Below the pieces are notes generated by a model. It made no database searches. It was not told the DNA's origin and saw only the letters and a list, made by a program, of their open reading frames with translations. The position numbers were made by a program, and so were the translations under genes. A DNA stretch of 64,000 nucleotides from Eledone cirrhosa (taxonomy: Eukaryota), in assembly GCA_964016885.1 (NCBI GenBank), contig OZ024743.1:328104001-328168000 (forward strand), given 5' to 3'. This document shows, one piece after another, positions 12,383-25,655 of the stretch. Numbering within the stretch: position 1 is the stretch's first letter; each line of letters starts with the position of its first letter.

Positions 12383-13035
12383 CTGGGAAAACAACACAAA
12401 TATATATGTGAAAAATAGACAAAGGATGATGATGATGTCGATGATTATATATATATATATATATAGATATGATGATGATGATGATACACAAATACACACA
12501 CACAGATATATATATTTGTCCCCCACCCCCCAGCGTGAACCTAATACTTTGTACTGCACTCCTCGTTATTGGTTTGTTTTGTTTTAACACACACACACTC
12601 TAGGACAATCTTGTAACCTCTGTTAATGTGGAAAAATGGATGTTAAACAGTGATGATGATATACACAAACATCCACACACATATATCATCATCAACATCA
12701 TCATTTTAATGTCCACTTTCCCAGCTAGCAAGGGTTGGACAGGACTACATACACCAAGTCAGTACTGAAGTGGGGTTACTGACCTCCAGTCAGGTCAAGG
12801 ACCTGTGTCCAGCCTATGTATTGTCTCATGTTCTACAGAGTGCACAGGAGAGGCTTTTCATGTCTTTGACACAACTGAGGGTCCTCCCAAACCTTTCTTT
12901 AGCAAGCTTTTTTTGACTGGATGCCCTTCCTATCACCAACCACTTTACAGCATGTACTGGGTGTGTTTATCATATAGATTAACAAACACTAGGGAGGCTG
13001 TTATGTCCTTGACACAACTGAAGGGCCTTCTCAAC

Positions 13036-13037
<2 letters not shown>

Positions 13038-13096
<59 letters not shown>
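13038..13096. repeat. (TG)n microsatellite
   Basis: Pure TG run. Confidence 0.98.
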
Positions 13097-13099
<3 letters not shown>

Positions 13100-14468
13100 G
13101 ACAAGCTATTTATATTAAGAGAAATATATTCAATCAAAACACAAGCACCAGATGAATTTCACTTCGGTTCTATTAATCAATTAATTAATCCATTAATCTG
13201 ATTAATCTTTTCATTACAAAACCACCTGAAAGTGCAGCTGGTTCTATGATACAAAACTATTTTAAAGTAATTTAACTTTTGTTAAGATATCCTCCAAACA
13301 CCAGCTTAACAATGAGAAAGTTATCTTACTAAATCCCTCGAAATTCAGGATTTAAATATCATAGAATCTTTCATTAACAAAAGGATCAATAAAACCAAGA
13401 TGAAACACAACCCCAGTTCATGTCATTTAGGCAGTATGACCCTTTTAAAATATACCAATATCTGTTTCAACACACAATTACACATCAAAAATCTTTCAAA
13501 ACTAACACAAAATGAAGAAATTTATTATTTGAGGAAACTGAATTAACTAAAAGAGAGGAACTCAGTTTCCAAATTGTCTTGCAACAGTTCAATGTGACTG
13601 TGGCCCATAATCTCTAGATCTATTGCAAAATTTAGTCAAATCTGATCAAAGTATACCAATACTTAACTGAAATATACTTAACATTTGACAACTACCATAT
13701 TCCCTGTTGTCAAAGATGCCTCACCTTTAATGACGCACCATAATTTTGACAACCAAAAATTTGAAAAACAATGATAAACATAAAAATAAGGTCCCTTGAT
13801 ACCTAATTATTTTATATATTGTTCATTTACTATTTTAACTAAGTATAATTTATGCACTTCATTGAGAGGCTTATACAGGAGTTCAGATTACTGTCATCAT
13901 AAATAATTTTTCTCTGGGGTTAGGATATGCGACCATTGGCCTCTAGGACGCATGGTAGATTTCGAGACTTATTTTAGGAAAAAATAGCATCTTTGACGCC
14001 GGGAAATACAGTATGTACAAAGGGCTTTCCTTAAAACTTCAGTACTCTTAACACTGCATAACTTTCAAACTTCTATGAAGGGCTTTCCTCAAAACCAGAG
14101 TAACCTTGTTGCCCCAAGGCATACAAACTTGTATGCAGGAATTTCTTCAAAAGCCTATTACTAGTGTTGACCAACAACCTACAAATTCATAAACTTTAAT
14201 ATTTTATTCCAACACAACACACAGCATCACTAGTTTTATCAGATGCTATATTTTTCTTTCTTTCTTGTTAGTTATATTAGTAAATACCTTGAAATTCTTG
14301 ATTATTTAAAAAATTATTTGAAAATTATAGGCTGTGTCTCATTACAAATATAATAACAAAAGAGGATTATAAGATTCTGCCAATGTCATTATTGTGGCAG
14401 TCTTGACCAAATACATAGGAAACAGTTTATTATCAACTTTAAAGAAAAGGTTGTCTTGAAATACTTAC

Positions 14469-14547
14469 TGTATAGAGAGCTAAGATTGCCAGTTGATTGT
14501 AAGGCCGACCATTTTTAGGGGCAAGCTGCTGAGCCCGCATGTACCAA
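14469..14547 (-). CDS. SMG6: SMG6 exon 6
   Basis: Encodes (S)WYMRAQQLAPKNGRPYNQLAILALYT. Junctions CTCCAG| and ACA|GTAAGT. Confidence 0.97.
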
Positions 14548-15961
14548 CTGGAGATAGAAGAATATTTAAGTCAGCGTGATTAAAATTATAGTTTTAGATA
14601 GTGTCAGTACTTGTATGATCCACAAGTATAAGCACTGTGACACTAAAAGTGAATATAGTGAGAGTTTGGAGACTACATGGAGTGAATAAGGGTCCTTACA
14701 CAGAGAGACAATGTGGCTAACCTCTGCCTTAGCAGGGAAGAGAGCCCTAAAATGCTAGTTGTTGTTGCGTTGCACTCAATTTCACAATTTTTAATCAATC
14801 AAGTTCATTACCAGATTCAAATAACTCTCCAGTTGTTATATCTTGCTTTCTTTAACTGAAACTCTACAATTATTTTGGAGGATCAATTTATAAAGATAAA
14901 ATGCACCCAGTACACTCTGTAAAGTGTTTGGAGATAGGAAGAGCATTCAATTCAGCCAATGAAAATTTGCCAAAGAGCCAATGAAAATTTGCCAAAGGAC
15001 TCTTCAATTGTATCAAAAAGACACAACAAACCCTTTAGTGTTGGTGCCATAATACAACACATCCAGTACACTGGAGTACAAGAACATATGTAAGTGAAAT
15101 ACATCCATCAGTCCATCTAAGAGGTCAGTGACTCCAGCTAAATACTGACTTGGTCTGTAAACATCTACCCAACCCTTGCTAGAGGGAAAATTGATGTTAA
15201 ATGTTTATGATGATGATACTGCTAAAATAGGGTATGGAGCTGGATAAATAAACCAAGTTGTCAGCAGTCAAAACTTGCTACAGCAATCAGTATCTATCTT
15301 GTAGTATAATTTATAAACAATTTTCACTTCTACAACACCATTGAATGGTTAGCAGCAGAAATGGTATCATCATCCTCATCATTTTATGTCTACTTTACAT
15401 GCCAAGAGTTGGTATACCTCAGCTGGGGAGTGGGGTGAGCTCTTGCTAGCCTACAAAATGGCTCAAATAGGTTGTGTTTATCACTTCTGCTGGCCAAACT
15501 TCCCATGCGTCTCTGTCACAGCACTGGCTCCACCAAATTTGGGTTGGGTGTGAAAACAAGAGCTCAGCGCTATAATCAATGCTTGGATTGCACTATCCTG
15601 AAGTGCATATACTTGCAGCTGGGCACTGCTTGTGAAATGAATCGCCTGAAGAAACTCCATTAAAATTAACAAACAGTGAATTCCTTCGATGGAACCAGAT
15701 CAACCCACCCCGGGTGAGCACTGCCACAAGCACAAAATAAGTACTTTACATGCTGGTATGGGTTGGAGAGATAAAAGTTCTATTCAGAGTTAAAACACTT
15801 GTTATTGTCATATGGCTGTGTCAATCAATTTACTGATAGAATATGAATGAGTCTCTAAATATAAACATTGCACACAGTTGAAATGGTATTGAATGTAAAT
15901 GTGAAAATATTGATAAACCAAATGATGAATTGAAAACCAAATGACAGTGTTCAATAATCAC

Positions 15962-16179
15962 CTTCGTGCTCTGCCATAGTTTGTAGAATCATTGGCCAAT
16001 TCTCGATATCGAGCAATATCTCCAAGACATATCATGATTTTTTGGGCAGTGAGCAGAGCAATTTTGACCGTTCTGCTGCAGCTCTCAGGAGGGGAACTAT
16101 TGATGTCAAGAAATGGTGTCAAAGAGAAGTTGTAAGTTGTTTGAAGACGTTCTAAAAGACCTTCATAGAAGGAAGTTCC
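15962..16179 (-). CDS. SMG6: SMG6 exon 5
   Basis: Encodes GTSFYEGLLERLQTTYNF...AQKIMICLGDIARYRELANDSTNYGRAR. GDIARYRE is the Est1-family hallmark. Junctions TTTTAG| and AG|GTGATT. Confidence 0.97.
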
Positions 16180-16384
16180 CTAAAAGATAAACAGAAATAT
16201 ATATATATATATATATATACATACAGAAAAAAAATATATATGCACACACACATATATATATATATACACATAGATATGTATAACATCCAATCAAAATAAA
16301 ACTAGCTTGTGCTTATCATGATATCAAACTGTCTAAAAATGCCCCAGGTTCTATGATACAAAACTCTTTATCTTCAAGTGTATC

Positions 16385-16660
16385 TTCCTCTTTGCCCACA
16401 TATTCCAGGGAGGGTCATGGAGGCAGAGTCCAGAAACACACCTTACAGTGGGTCCTGTCAGAAGTAACAGTTATCAATTGATCTGGCTGGATCCCCAAGC
16501 GAGATCAGCCAAGTTCATCGATCTTGTTCGGGGTCTACCTCTGCACATCCTGCCAGTTGGTTTTGCCTGTAAAATCTGTCCAGCGATTTTTCCTGAAACA
16601 TTCTAACCCCCATGTCCATAGAATCAGATCTGTGATCTCTCAATTAGGAGGAGTAGTGAG
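16385..16660 (-). mobile_element. RTE-type LINE 3' fragment
   Basis: Similar to 42480-42760, 51625-51835 and 52735-53030. Translates to decayed C-terminal RT-like peptides (GHV.RM...G.RPR..W). Confidence 0.65.
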
Positions 16661-17585
16661 TCTATCTGGACCGATTCCCTGATCTCAAACTAGTGAGTCT
16701 ATCTGGACCGATTCCCTGATCTCTATCGAGAAACATTAATCCAAAAACTGTGTTACTGTCACCTAACCTGTTTATAATTTTCATGAACAGGATTGACATG
16801 CGCAGCCAGTTTGGAAATGGTATTAAAACTGGTGCATGTAACAATGGAATTTGCAGACAACATGATACTACTTAACTCATCAAAAGTGATCCGACATGCA
16901 CTCAATAAGTTTGTTGCTGAATGCTGCTGCATGACAAAATGATTATCAATGCTGCAAAGACTGAGACACTCATTCTTTCAAGGAAGCAGGGATGTTTTCA
17001 CCAGTGATGGAGGGCAGGATGCTGAATTATGTGCAAGAATTGCAGGAGCTAGTGCAGCAATGTGCCAATTTCAGTGTTTATATTTATCTAAAAACCTCCC
17101 ATCATAATTTCATTTAAGAAACTTTGTTAAATTATACTCCAAGCATCAACTTAATGAGAAAGTTATATTACTAAATCTCTTTAAATTATTATTATATTAG
17201 CAATGTGCTTCATTAAAAATATGGTAAATGAAGGGTTAATAATTCAACGCAACTTTAAACTGAGGAGAGATCCTTATTTAGACAAAAAGAAAATTAATCT
17301 AAAAGTTTTTTTTTTAATCTTCACTAATAATAAATCAATAGAATAAAGTAGTATAATTAATATGAGGTATTGTGAGATATGTAATAACTGATAAGTTTCA
17401 GAAAGCCGGTACATAATAGAAATATATAAAGGGTAAAGGATGATAAATAAAACAAACAGTTCAAAACAAAAACAAATGATCAATGTGTTTGTTTTTGTTG
17501 TTTTGAACTGTTTTTATTTGACATTTGAAAAGAGAGTAATAGCCTTGAAATATCATGTTGAAATATACTGGGTAAAACATTACTT

Positions 17586-17895
17586 TGTGGTTAGGGTATT
17601 TGTCTCACGATTGTAAGGTCATGAGTTCGATTCCTGGTGACATCCTGTGTCCTTGAGCATGACACTTTATTTCACGTTGCTCCAGTTCACTCAGCTGGCA
17701 AAAGTGAGTTGTACCTGTAATTTGAAACGCCAGCCTTGTCACATTCTGTGTCATGCTGAATCTCACCAAGAACTATGTTAAAGGTACGCATGTTTGTCGA
17801 ATATTCAGTCACTTGCACGTTCGTCTCACCAGCAGGCTGTTCCATTGATCGTATCAACAGGACTACTCACCGTCATAATTGACGGAGTGCCACTA
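17586..17895 (+). mobile_element. tRNA-derived SINE, near full length
   Basis: B box GAGTTCGATTCC, followed by GTCCTTGAGCATGACACTTTATTTCACGTTGCTCCAG. The body is shared with 7380-7470, 51560-51620 and 53030-53190 in reverse. Confidence 0.8.
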
Positions 17896-17973
17896 CTACC
17901 ACATTGTACCAGCTTTCTGAAACTTATCAGTCAATTATTAGAAATTTGAGTGATTAAATATTTCTCAATTTAC

Positions 17974-18175
17974 CTCATCAAGAACAGTGAAAAGTTGTTC
18001 TTTAATAGTTTCTGTTGATACAGATCTGTTAGTTGGTGGCTCAAGTAGCTGTCTACGGTAGATCTCTATAAACTGATAATATACAGACTTCCACAGCAGT
18101 TGTTCAACATTGTGTTTCATTGATACTTCCAAGTCTAACAGAATTATCTGTTTACAATTTGTTTGTAAATCCAAC
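17974..18175 (-). CDS. SMG6: SMG6 exon 4, start of Est1/14-3-3-like domain
   Basis: Encodes IILLDLEVSMKHNVEQLLWKSVYYQFIE...LDE. Junctions TTCAG| and GAG|GTAAAT. Confidence 0.95.
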
Positions 18176-18629
18176 CTGAATTTAAAAACAAAAAATATAT
18201 ATTTAATTTAGTAGATAAATATATTGATAAAAAATATTATCATTTGTTGGTAGCAATATCAATCAACAAGACTGTTTAAGAGGAATCAAATGTAGTGTGC
18301 AAGATAAGAGACTGTGCTATGTACATGCGATATGTATGGATGATAATTATTGGATGAAGGGCCAGAAGTTCCCAGCGGAAAGGAACAAAAGTAAAGGAAG
18401 GCCTGAATAAAAGTGGTAAGAGCAGATCCTCAAATGTAATATAATCACAATACCCCAAACCATTTGGTTGTGAAGTGAACTTAACTACACACCCATGTCT
18501 ACACTTATCTAATTTTAATAACCATAGTTTTATGTTTATAGATTGAAAAAATATGTGGAAAAAATAGCATATCTGAATACATTTCGATTACCATTTCGGC
18601 TGTAAAATGTGTTTAAATTTGCCTCAAAT

Positions 18630-18828
18630 TGGCCAGTTTGGCACCAAACCGGCCAGCTTGGCACCAAACCGGCCAGCTTGGCACCAAACCGGCCAGCTTG
18701 GCACCAAACCGGCCAGCTTGGCACCAAACCGGCCAGCTTGGCACCAAACCGGCCAGCTTGGCACCAAACCGGCCAGTTTGGCACCAATCCGGCCAGCTTG
18801 GCACCAAACCGGCCAGCTTGGCATTAAA
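18630..18828. repeat. 20-bp GC-rich minisatellite, ~10 copies
   Basis: Unit GGCCAGCTTGGCACCAAACC. Confidence 0.98.
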
Positions 18829-18883
18829 CTAATGTATCATATGAGGTTTACATTCGCTTTCTTTTTCTTTGTTTTTTGCTTAC

Positions 18884-19033
18884 CTGATTTGACAAAGTTT
18901 ATTCATGGACTCTGGTTGAAGACCTCTGGACACCATATTGTGCAACTGAATATCAAGTGGTTGGCTGTCATAAAATAACTGTTCAGCCACAGATTGTGAC
19001 CGTGGTGTGTTTGCAACATCAAGGCTTTGGCCA
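18884..19033 (-). CDS. SMG6: SMG6 exon 3 (GQSLDVANTPRSQSVAEQLFYDSQPLDIQLHNMVSRGLQPESMNKLCQIR)
   Basis: TTTGCAG| acceptor and AG|GTAAGC donor, phase 2-2. The supplied ORF track covers this region only in another frame. It resembles the helix preceding the Est1 domain (ELQLSNLLSR...EGLEKMAQLR in vertebrate SMG6). Confidence 0.85.
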
Positions 19034-20224
19034 CTGCAAAGAACAAAAGTGAAATAACATTTAATATTTTCAAACTGTCAAATGAGAAATATATATTAAG
19101 AACATCCAAAAATAAAAACATGGAAATCTTAGATACGGTTAAACCATGATAAATACATTGACTTTCAGAAGAAAAAGCCATAAATATTATAACATTATGA
19201 GAGAATACTTAGCGTTGTACAAAACAGAAACTGGCGTCAACATATTACAAATGAAAGTTTATATGAAAACATGTCCAAAATAACAACTACAATTGCTTAA
19301 AGACAGTTATGATTTGCAGGACATTACTGGAGAAGTAAGCAGGAAGCTTCTATTGTGGGAACCAACTCACAGGAGACGCAGAAGAGAAAGACCTGCTTGA
19401 ACATTTATTGATCAACTCTCAGATGATCCAAACCTCAGTAGGGAGCAGACGTCGGGAGCAACAAATGATGATGATGAGAGTAAGGTGGTTGATTTGGTAG
19501 AGATGTTATAGCAATGAATATTTGTTCCTTGCAGCCATCTTCATTCTGAGTTCAAATCCTGTTGAACTTCACTTTGCTTTACATCCTTTCAGAGTTGATA
19601 AAGAAAGTACCAGCCCAGGGCTGATGCAGCCCCCTGCTTCTGGCCATCATATACAGGATGTTCCACTACATCAAGGGAGGTGGGGTTGAGAGGATGTCTG
19701 TGTCTGTTTGCATGGATACCTAAATTCTTAGTATCAGTGTGTACCATGTTTCGCTAAGTCATACTAGACTGCAAGTGATGGTCATAGTTTAGTAGTAGTT
19801 ATAACAAGATAGTTACCAAATTTACAACATAAATCAACCATAATAATATGCCATATGTGTCTGTATATCTATTTATAGCCTTTGTAACTCTTTAAAACAG
19901 AGAGAGGGAGAGAGAGAATAATTCCTATCTCAGTCATGCTGCTACAATAAAAAGTTTACTTCCCAATCACAAGGTCCTTGGTTCTAACCTTACATTTGTC
20001 CCTGTAAACAGTTATTTCTTCAAAATTACTCATACATTTAATCCTACATATATACTGAACATTTATGTAATTATATCCTAAAAATAAATTATTAAAATAT
20101 CATTTTTATCTTTAATCACTTCCACCTGTCAGTAATCAACATAAAACTATAGGATTTCTCTCAAGTAAAACAATTTATTAAAATGTAAATTTCCCCAGTT
20201 TTTATAATTGTTCAATTGAAAGTA

Positions 20225-20770
20225 CAAGTAACCAGAGTGAGAACAAGATGGAAGTTCAGGGAACTACTACTGCTGCTAGATACAAAAGGTTTTCCCCTCA
20301 AATTGAAGGGCAGTATGATTCATGTATACAAACAGCAATGTTGCATGGTAGTAAGGCCTGAGCCCTGTGTGCAGAGGACCTATGAAGATTGGAAAGTAAA
20401 GAAGCTGGCATGCTTTGATGGATGTGTAACAGTAAAATACGTGAACGGCAAAGCATAAATGAACTGAGAGAGAAACTGGCATAAGAGTAATCAGATGTAG
20501 TGTGCAGGAGAGGAGACTGCATTGGTATGAACATGTGATGTTTATGCCAGATGACAGCTGTATAAAAAGGTGCAGGAGCTCAAAGTTAATGGAAACTATT
20601 GAGTAGGAAGATCTAGGAAGACTTAGGATGGGGTGATAAAAGCTGACCTTGCCCAATTACATCTCTCAAAGGCTCGAATTACATCTCTCACAGGATCGAA
20701 ATTTCTGGTGTTATGCAGTAATACAGAAGGCCTGTCTTTCAATGAGCACAGGTTGAAGCATACATCTAGT
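20225..20770 (+). mobile_element. Decayed 3' fragment of the RTE LINE family found at 54.6-58.9 kb
   Basis: Peptides RVRTRWKFRELL...KGFPLK and INELREKLG, with stops. Related fragment at 41300-41690. Confidence 0.85.
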
Positions 20771-21431
20771 ATGCACCACCTTCCTCTCTATCCCCCTTCC
20801 ATACACCTCCCACATCCTAACACAACACCCATGCCCTAACACACCTCCCCCACCCAAGGCCCCAGCCCCAGTAAAGTGGTTGTGTAGGTGACAACAAAAA
20901 GCTTTCCATGATAAAATACACTCAGTACATGCTGTAAAGTATTAGTGCTGGTATAATGGTAAAATGTATGCAATACACATTGTAAAGTTGTAGTGCTGGT
21001 GCCATGATAAAATGCACCCAATCCATTTTGTAAAGTTGTAGTGATGATAAAATGCACCCAATCCACTCCATAAAGCTGTAGTGCCGGTGCCATGATAAAA
21101 TGCACCAAGTCCACCCTGAAAAGTAGTCATCTGACCTGTCTCAGAATATGACAATCCATCTAATCCATCCCAGAATGAAAGATGATGGTGGTTGTGGTGG
21201 TGATGACAACTCATATGCCAGTAAGTATAAGAGAGTATTGAAGTTTGCTTGAAGCATTGTGGAATAATAATAAAATTGGGGGGGGGCCTCAACAATGCAG
21301 ATGGGTAAATCTCCGGATAACAGAATCTGGTGGTGAAGAGAAAGATGTAAGAGGAAATGTAAAATGAGATGTATAGTGTGTAGAGGAACGTACGAAAGAG
21401 CGTAAAAAATAAGTATAATTTCTTTCATCTT

Positions 21432-21667
21432 TTAACCCTTTCATGACTGCATTTCTAATGAAATACACTCTATTTCAATTAATTAATGAAGAATTTTGAG
21501 GGATTTCTGAAATGTATTGATCATTTCGTAACTAAAATAGTAAATGTAAGGTCCTTATATAAAATTATGTGGGAAGTTTTTCATTTAAATTGGAAACCTT
21601 TAAAATGGGTTATTTTATTTCATAGAACCAGAGCCAACTTTGGCCAGATTGGTAACTAAAAAGTTAA
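21432..21667. mobile_element. TTAA-bounded (piggyBac-like) MITE remnant
   Basis: Begins TTAACCCTTTC and ends AAAAAGTTAA. Related ends at ~6750, 17235, 21915, 41965 and 63095. Confidence 0.5.
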
Positions 21668-22254
21668 ATTCTAATTCCTCAACATCCATTATGCTAGAAA
21701 CCAAAAATTCACAAGAAATTCTTCAACATAACATAGGGTTAGTTCATAAAAAAGAAAGTTGAATTATTTAAAACTGAAAATTTTTAAATAGAAATATAAG
21801 AAAATGAAACATGGAAATTTAAACAACTTTAATATTTCAGTAAGTTAAAATGTTAGTGGAATGTCTAGAACCCTGGCTAACACTAGACACTAGATCAAAG
21901 TTAGAAGATTATTTTAACCCTTTAGCATTTAAACCAGCCATATCCGGCCAGAATTCTCTCATCTCTTTCTGTTCGAACTGGCTATAACCAGCCTCTCATA
22001 CTTATGTTAAGGCATTGTTCTCAAAATAAATAATATCAAAATCTTGTAGATTCAATATTATGTGTGATAATTATGTGAGAAAGTGTTTACCGTGAAAATA
22101 CAATCGTATATAGAGAGTAATGTAAAAAAAATACAACTGTAAGAGATATGTTAGTCTATGTTTCTATTATGATTTCAAATGATGAAACAGTTCTAGTCCT
22201 GTGGAAGCATCCAGTTTAGAATAGGTACACTATATCCCTGCATTTGTTCTGCCT

Positions 22255-23460
22255 CTTTACATTATGAGTTCAAGTTTTGCCAAGGTCAACTTTGCCTTTC
22301 ATCCTTCCAGAATTGGTAAAATTAAGAACCAGCCAGGTACTGGTGCCAATTACATCAAGCCTCCCCTAAAATTGCTGGCCTTGTGCCAAAAGTAGAAACT
22401 ATTATTTATTATTATGGATTGGCAGTATCGGACACCATATTTTGCAGCATAGAGTTATGGCCTTTTATGGTCCAAGTTCAAATCCTGCCGAGGTTAGCTT
22501 TGCCTTCCATCCTTACAGGGGTTGATATAATAAAGCAACAGTAATGCACTGCTTAATCAATTTTCTCCTCCCCTACTGGCCTTGTGCCTAAATCAAAAAC
22601 AATTATTATGTTGTTGTTAGTAACAACTATCATGCATAACTACACAAGTTGGTAGATTAAAATGTAACATTTATTCACACACCATTCTCAATGACATTGT
22701 CTTATACCAGCTTTCAGATAATGACAATATTAATGTGGTGAAGAAATATTAACGAAGTGAAGAAATATCTAAAATTAAATATATTCCACATTTCATATAC
22801 ATACCTGTTCTTTAATTAGAAAAATTAAATTTCATAATTTCAACACTATATTTTTCTAATAGATTCTTCATTATTTACAACAGGAAATTTCTCTAAAACT
22901 ACATATTATTGGATTGGCAGTATCGGTAGAGGGTCGGACGCCATGCTTTGACGCATAGAGTTACGGCCCTTGCCATTCTGAGTTCAAATCCCGCCAAGGT
23001 TAACTTTGCCTTTCATCCTTACGGGGTTGATAAAATAAAGTACCAGTATAATACACTGGGTAATTGCTGGCCTTGTGCCAAAAGTAGAAACAATTATTAT
23101 AATAATAGGGTGATGGATTATCAGTATCAGTAAAGCACTAGACACCATGCTTTGCAGCTTAGAGTTATGGCCCTTTGCGGAGTCGATAAAATAAAGCACC
23201 AGTAATACACTGGGGTCGATTTAATCAACTTTCTCTTCCTCTAAAAACATTGTTCACCTTGTGCCTAAATCAGAAACCTTTATAATAAATATTTTTCTAC
23301 AGAGTAACTTCTACCTAAGGTGATCAGTTTGATAGAGTTGATAAGAGTTGTTAGGGCATTGCATATTAGTTCTGGGGTCTCCATATGCTGGGTTCAAATC
23401 CTGCCCAAGTCCACTGCACCTTTCATTCTTTTGAGATCAATAAAGAAAGTACCATCTAAG
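22255..23460 (+). mobile_element. Cluster of ~5 same-orientation Nin/Deu-like SINE copies
   Basis: The module CTTTGCCTTTCATCC...GTACCAG...GGCCTTGTGCC recurs at ~22260, 22470, 22980, 23160 and 23390. Confidence 0.8.
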
Positions 23461-25429
23461 TGCTGGTGCAACCCTCTTCATTCCAGCTGTCACCTCCTGG
23501 ATGTTACATTAGATCAAGGGAGTGAAGGTCAAGAGTATGTTTCTACCAGTTTAAAACTGCATGGACACCTACTCTCTGGTCTCAAATAATTGTTGTCTCC
23601 CGCTTATTAATTTTTCAGATTTTTTCCAACCCCCTTCCCTACTCTTATTGAAGTATAATCAATGTTTTTTATGTTCTCTTTTCCATGCTAACATGGCTGT
23701 GATAGGACGTTTTTAAAGCAAGATGCTTTTCTTGATACCAACCCTTTTAGTTGCCTGTTATGATACCCAGGGATACAATATCTATGACGAGGACAACACT
23801 GTCGCCACCACCACTTACCACCCTTCAGTAGGTGTTTAAAAAAAAAAGGAACAAATAAATAATACCTAGAGAACAATGATATAAATTAATTTAATTTTAA
23901 TTGTTAGAGAAACATGTTAAAAGAAAAAAACAAGTAGTTAGTAAAGAAATTGAAACGCTGTAAAATACTAGACAACCTGAAGACAAAACTGGCTGCTCTA
24001 GTGGGGAACCAACAAAGGTAAAAGTTAGTGAACCAATTAAAGTAAAGAAACGGAAAGACAGCTTCAAACCAATGCAGTTGGAACACACTGAACCAGAAAA
24101 ATACTTACTACTCTTGAGGCATAGTCTCAAACTGATATTTCCGCAACTTGGGGGGACCTGCAGTTGGATATCTGCTACTAGACCTAAATTGAAGTGAGTG
24201 ACTGTAGCAAAAACCAAATGCAAACTCAACAGGTTACAGAAATAAGGAATAGATGGTACATACTGAGATGCAACATACTTAAGATGTCATAATTTCAACA
24301 ACAACATGGAAAACAATAAGCTACAGACTGTAAATGCAATTATTTACATACAACACAGACATAATAGATTTAATCAGATCAGACAGGACTAATAATCATT
24401 TATAATATGGCCATCAAATAAAAAGTGAAGGTGCGTTTTAGAATGATGCATATCAGGTACTCTTGGGTCTCAAATATCCCCCCCCCCCCCCCCACACACA
24501 CACACACACTCCCCACCGTTTATTAAATTTTGCTAATATCTATCTCCAGCGAAATTCTTTAAGTGGTAGCATTCCTATAACAATTTGCTTTATTCATTAA
24601 AAAACATTATACATGACAAAAAAAGTACATTACTAGAAATCCCATATGTTATAAATTAAATTGGATGGGTTGGGATCTCAATATGTAAACTAAGAACTGA
24701 TTCAGACAGTGGTAGTTATGAAATCCAGACCAGCATAAAACAGCAGATGGAAAATAATTATTTCTACATTTGGCACAAGGCCAATAATTTGGAGGGAAAG
24801 TCAATTATCTTGACCCCAGTACTTGACTGGTACTTTATTTTATTGACCACGAAAGGATGAAAGACAAAGTTTACCCTGCCAGTATTTGAATCATCATCAT
24901 TTTTATGTCCACTTTTCCATGCAGAACGTAAAGAGCCGTAACTATATGCCACAAAGCATGTTGCCCAATGCTCTACCAATATTGCAGATGATGTAAAATA
25001 ATATTAGTGAATGCAGTGTGTGTATTATAAGAATTGAATGAAAGCTTTAGCAGGAGAAGTGTATAAGGCTAATAATATGTCCACCAGATAGAAGGTTGAA
25101 ATATAGTGAGGATGTATGTATTTTGAAATGGTTTAATTAGAGGCAACAGAGTGTGTGTGTGGGGGGGGGGGGGGGTATGTATGTGAGAGGTGTGGGAGGA
25201 GGTGGTATGTGTGTGTATGAGTGTGAGCAAGTGTGCACATGAGTGTGTGTTGAACAATGATAACAAAAGGCAAAGTTAAGTGTTAAATTAGTTATTTTAT
25301 AATCGTTTCAGAAGGTTGGATCCATAGTTTTGAGACTAATAATATGGAGTTCATAAACTATTATCAATTTAGTAATTTTTTTTTTTTTCAAAATATAATT
25401 CATTAGTATCATAAACTGTTGTCATATTT

Positions 25430-25655
25430 ACAAAAATGATACGTGATGGGGCCCACCAACAGCCCCGGTGGACAGAATGGAGAAGGCGTTTCCCCGGAGG
25501 ACAGCAAGGGAGACGCGCTGGAAAAGCCACTCCAACTCGCGGGGTTCACACCTGCAGCTGGCCAGCTCAGCGCCTATGGTGGTGAGTAAGGAGGTAGCCC
25601 TGGGGCCGAGGATACCAGAAGTCTCCACTGCCAGGGGTACGACCAGAAGCCTGTC
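25430..25655 (-). mobile_element. CRE-clade element, 3' end fragment
   Basis: Near-identical to 9045-9262. Encodes VVPLAVETSGILGPRATSLL...LRGNAFSIL. Confidence 0.92.
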
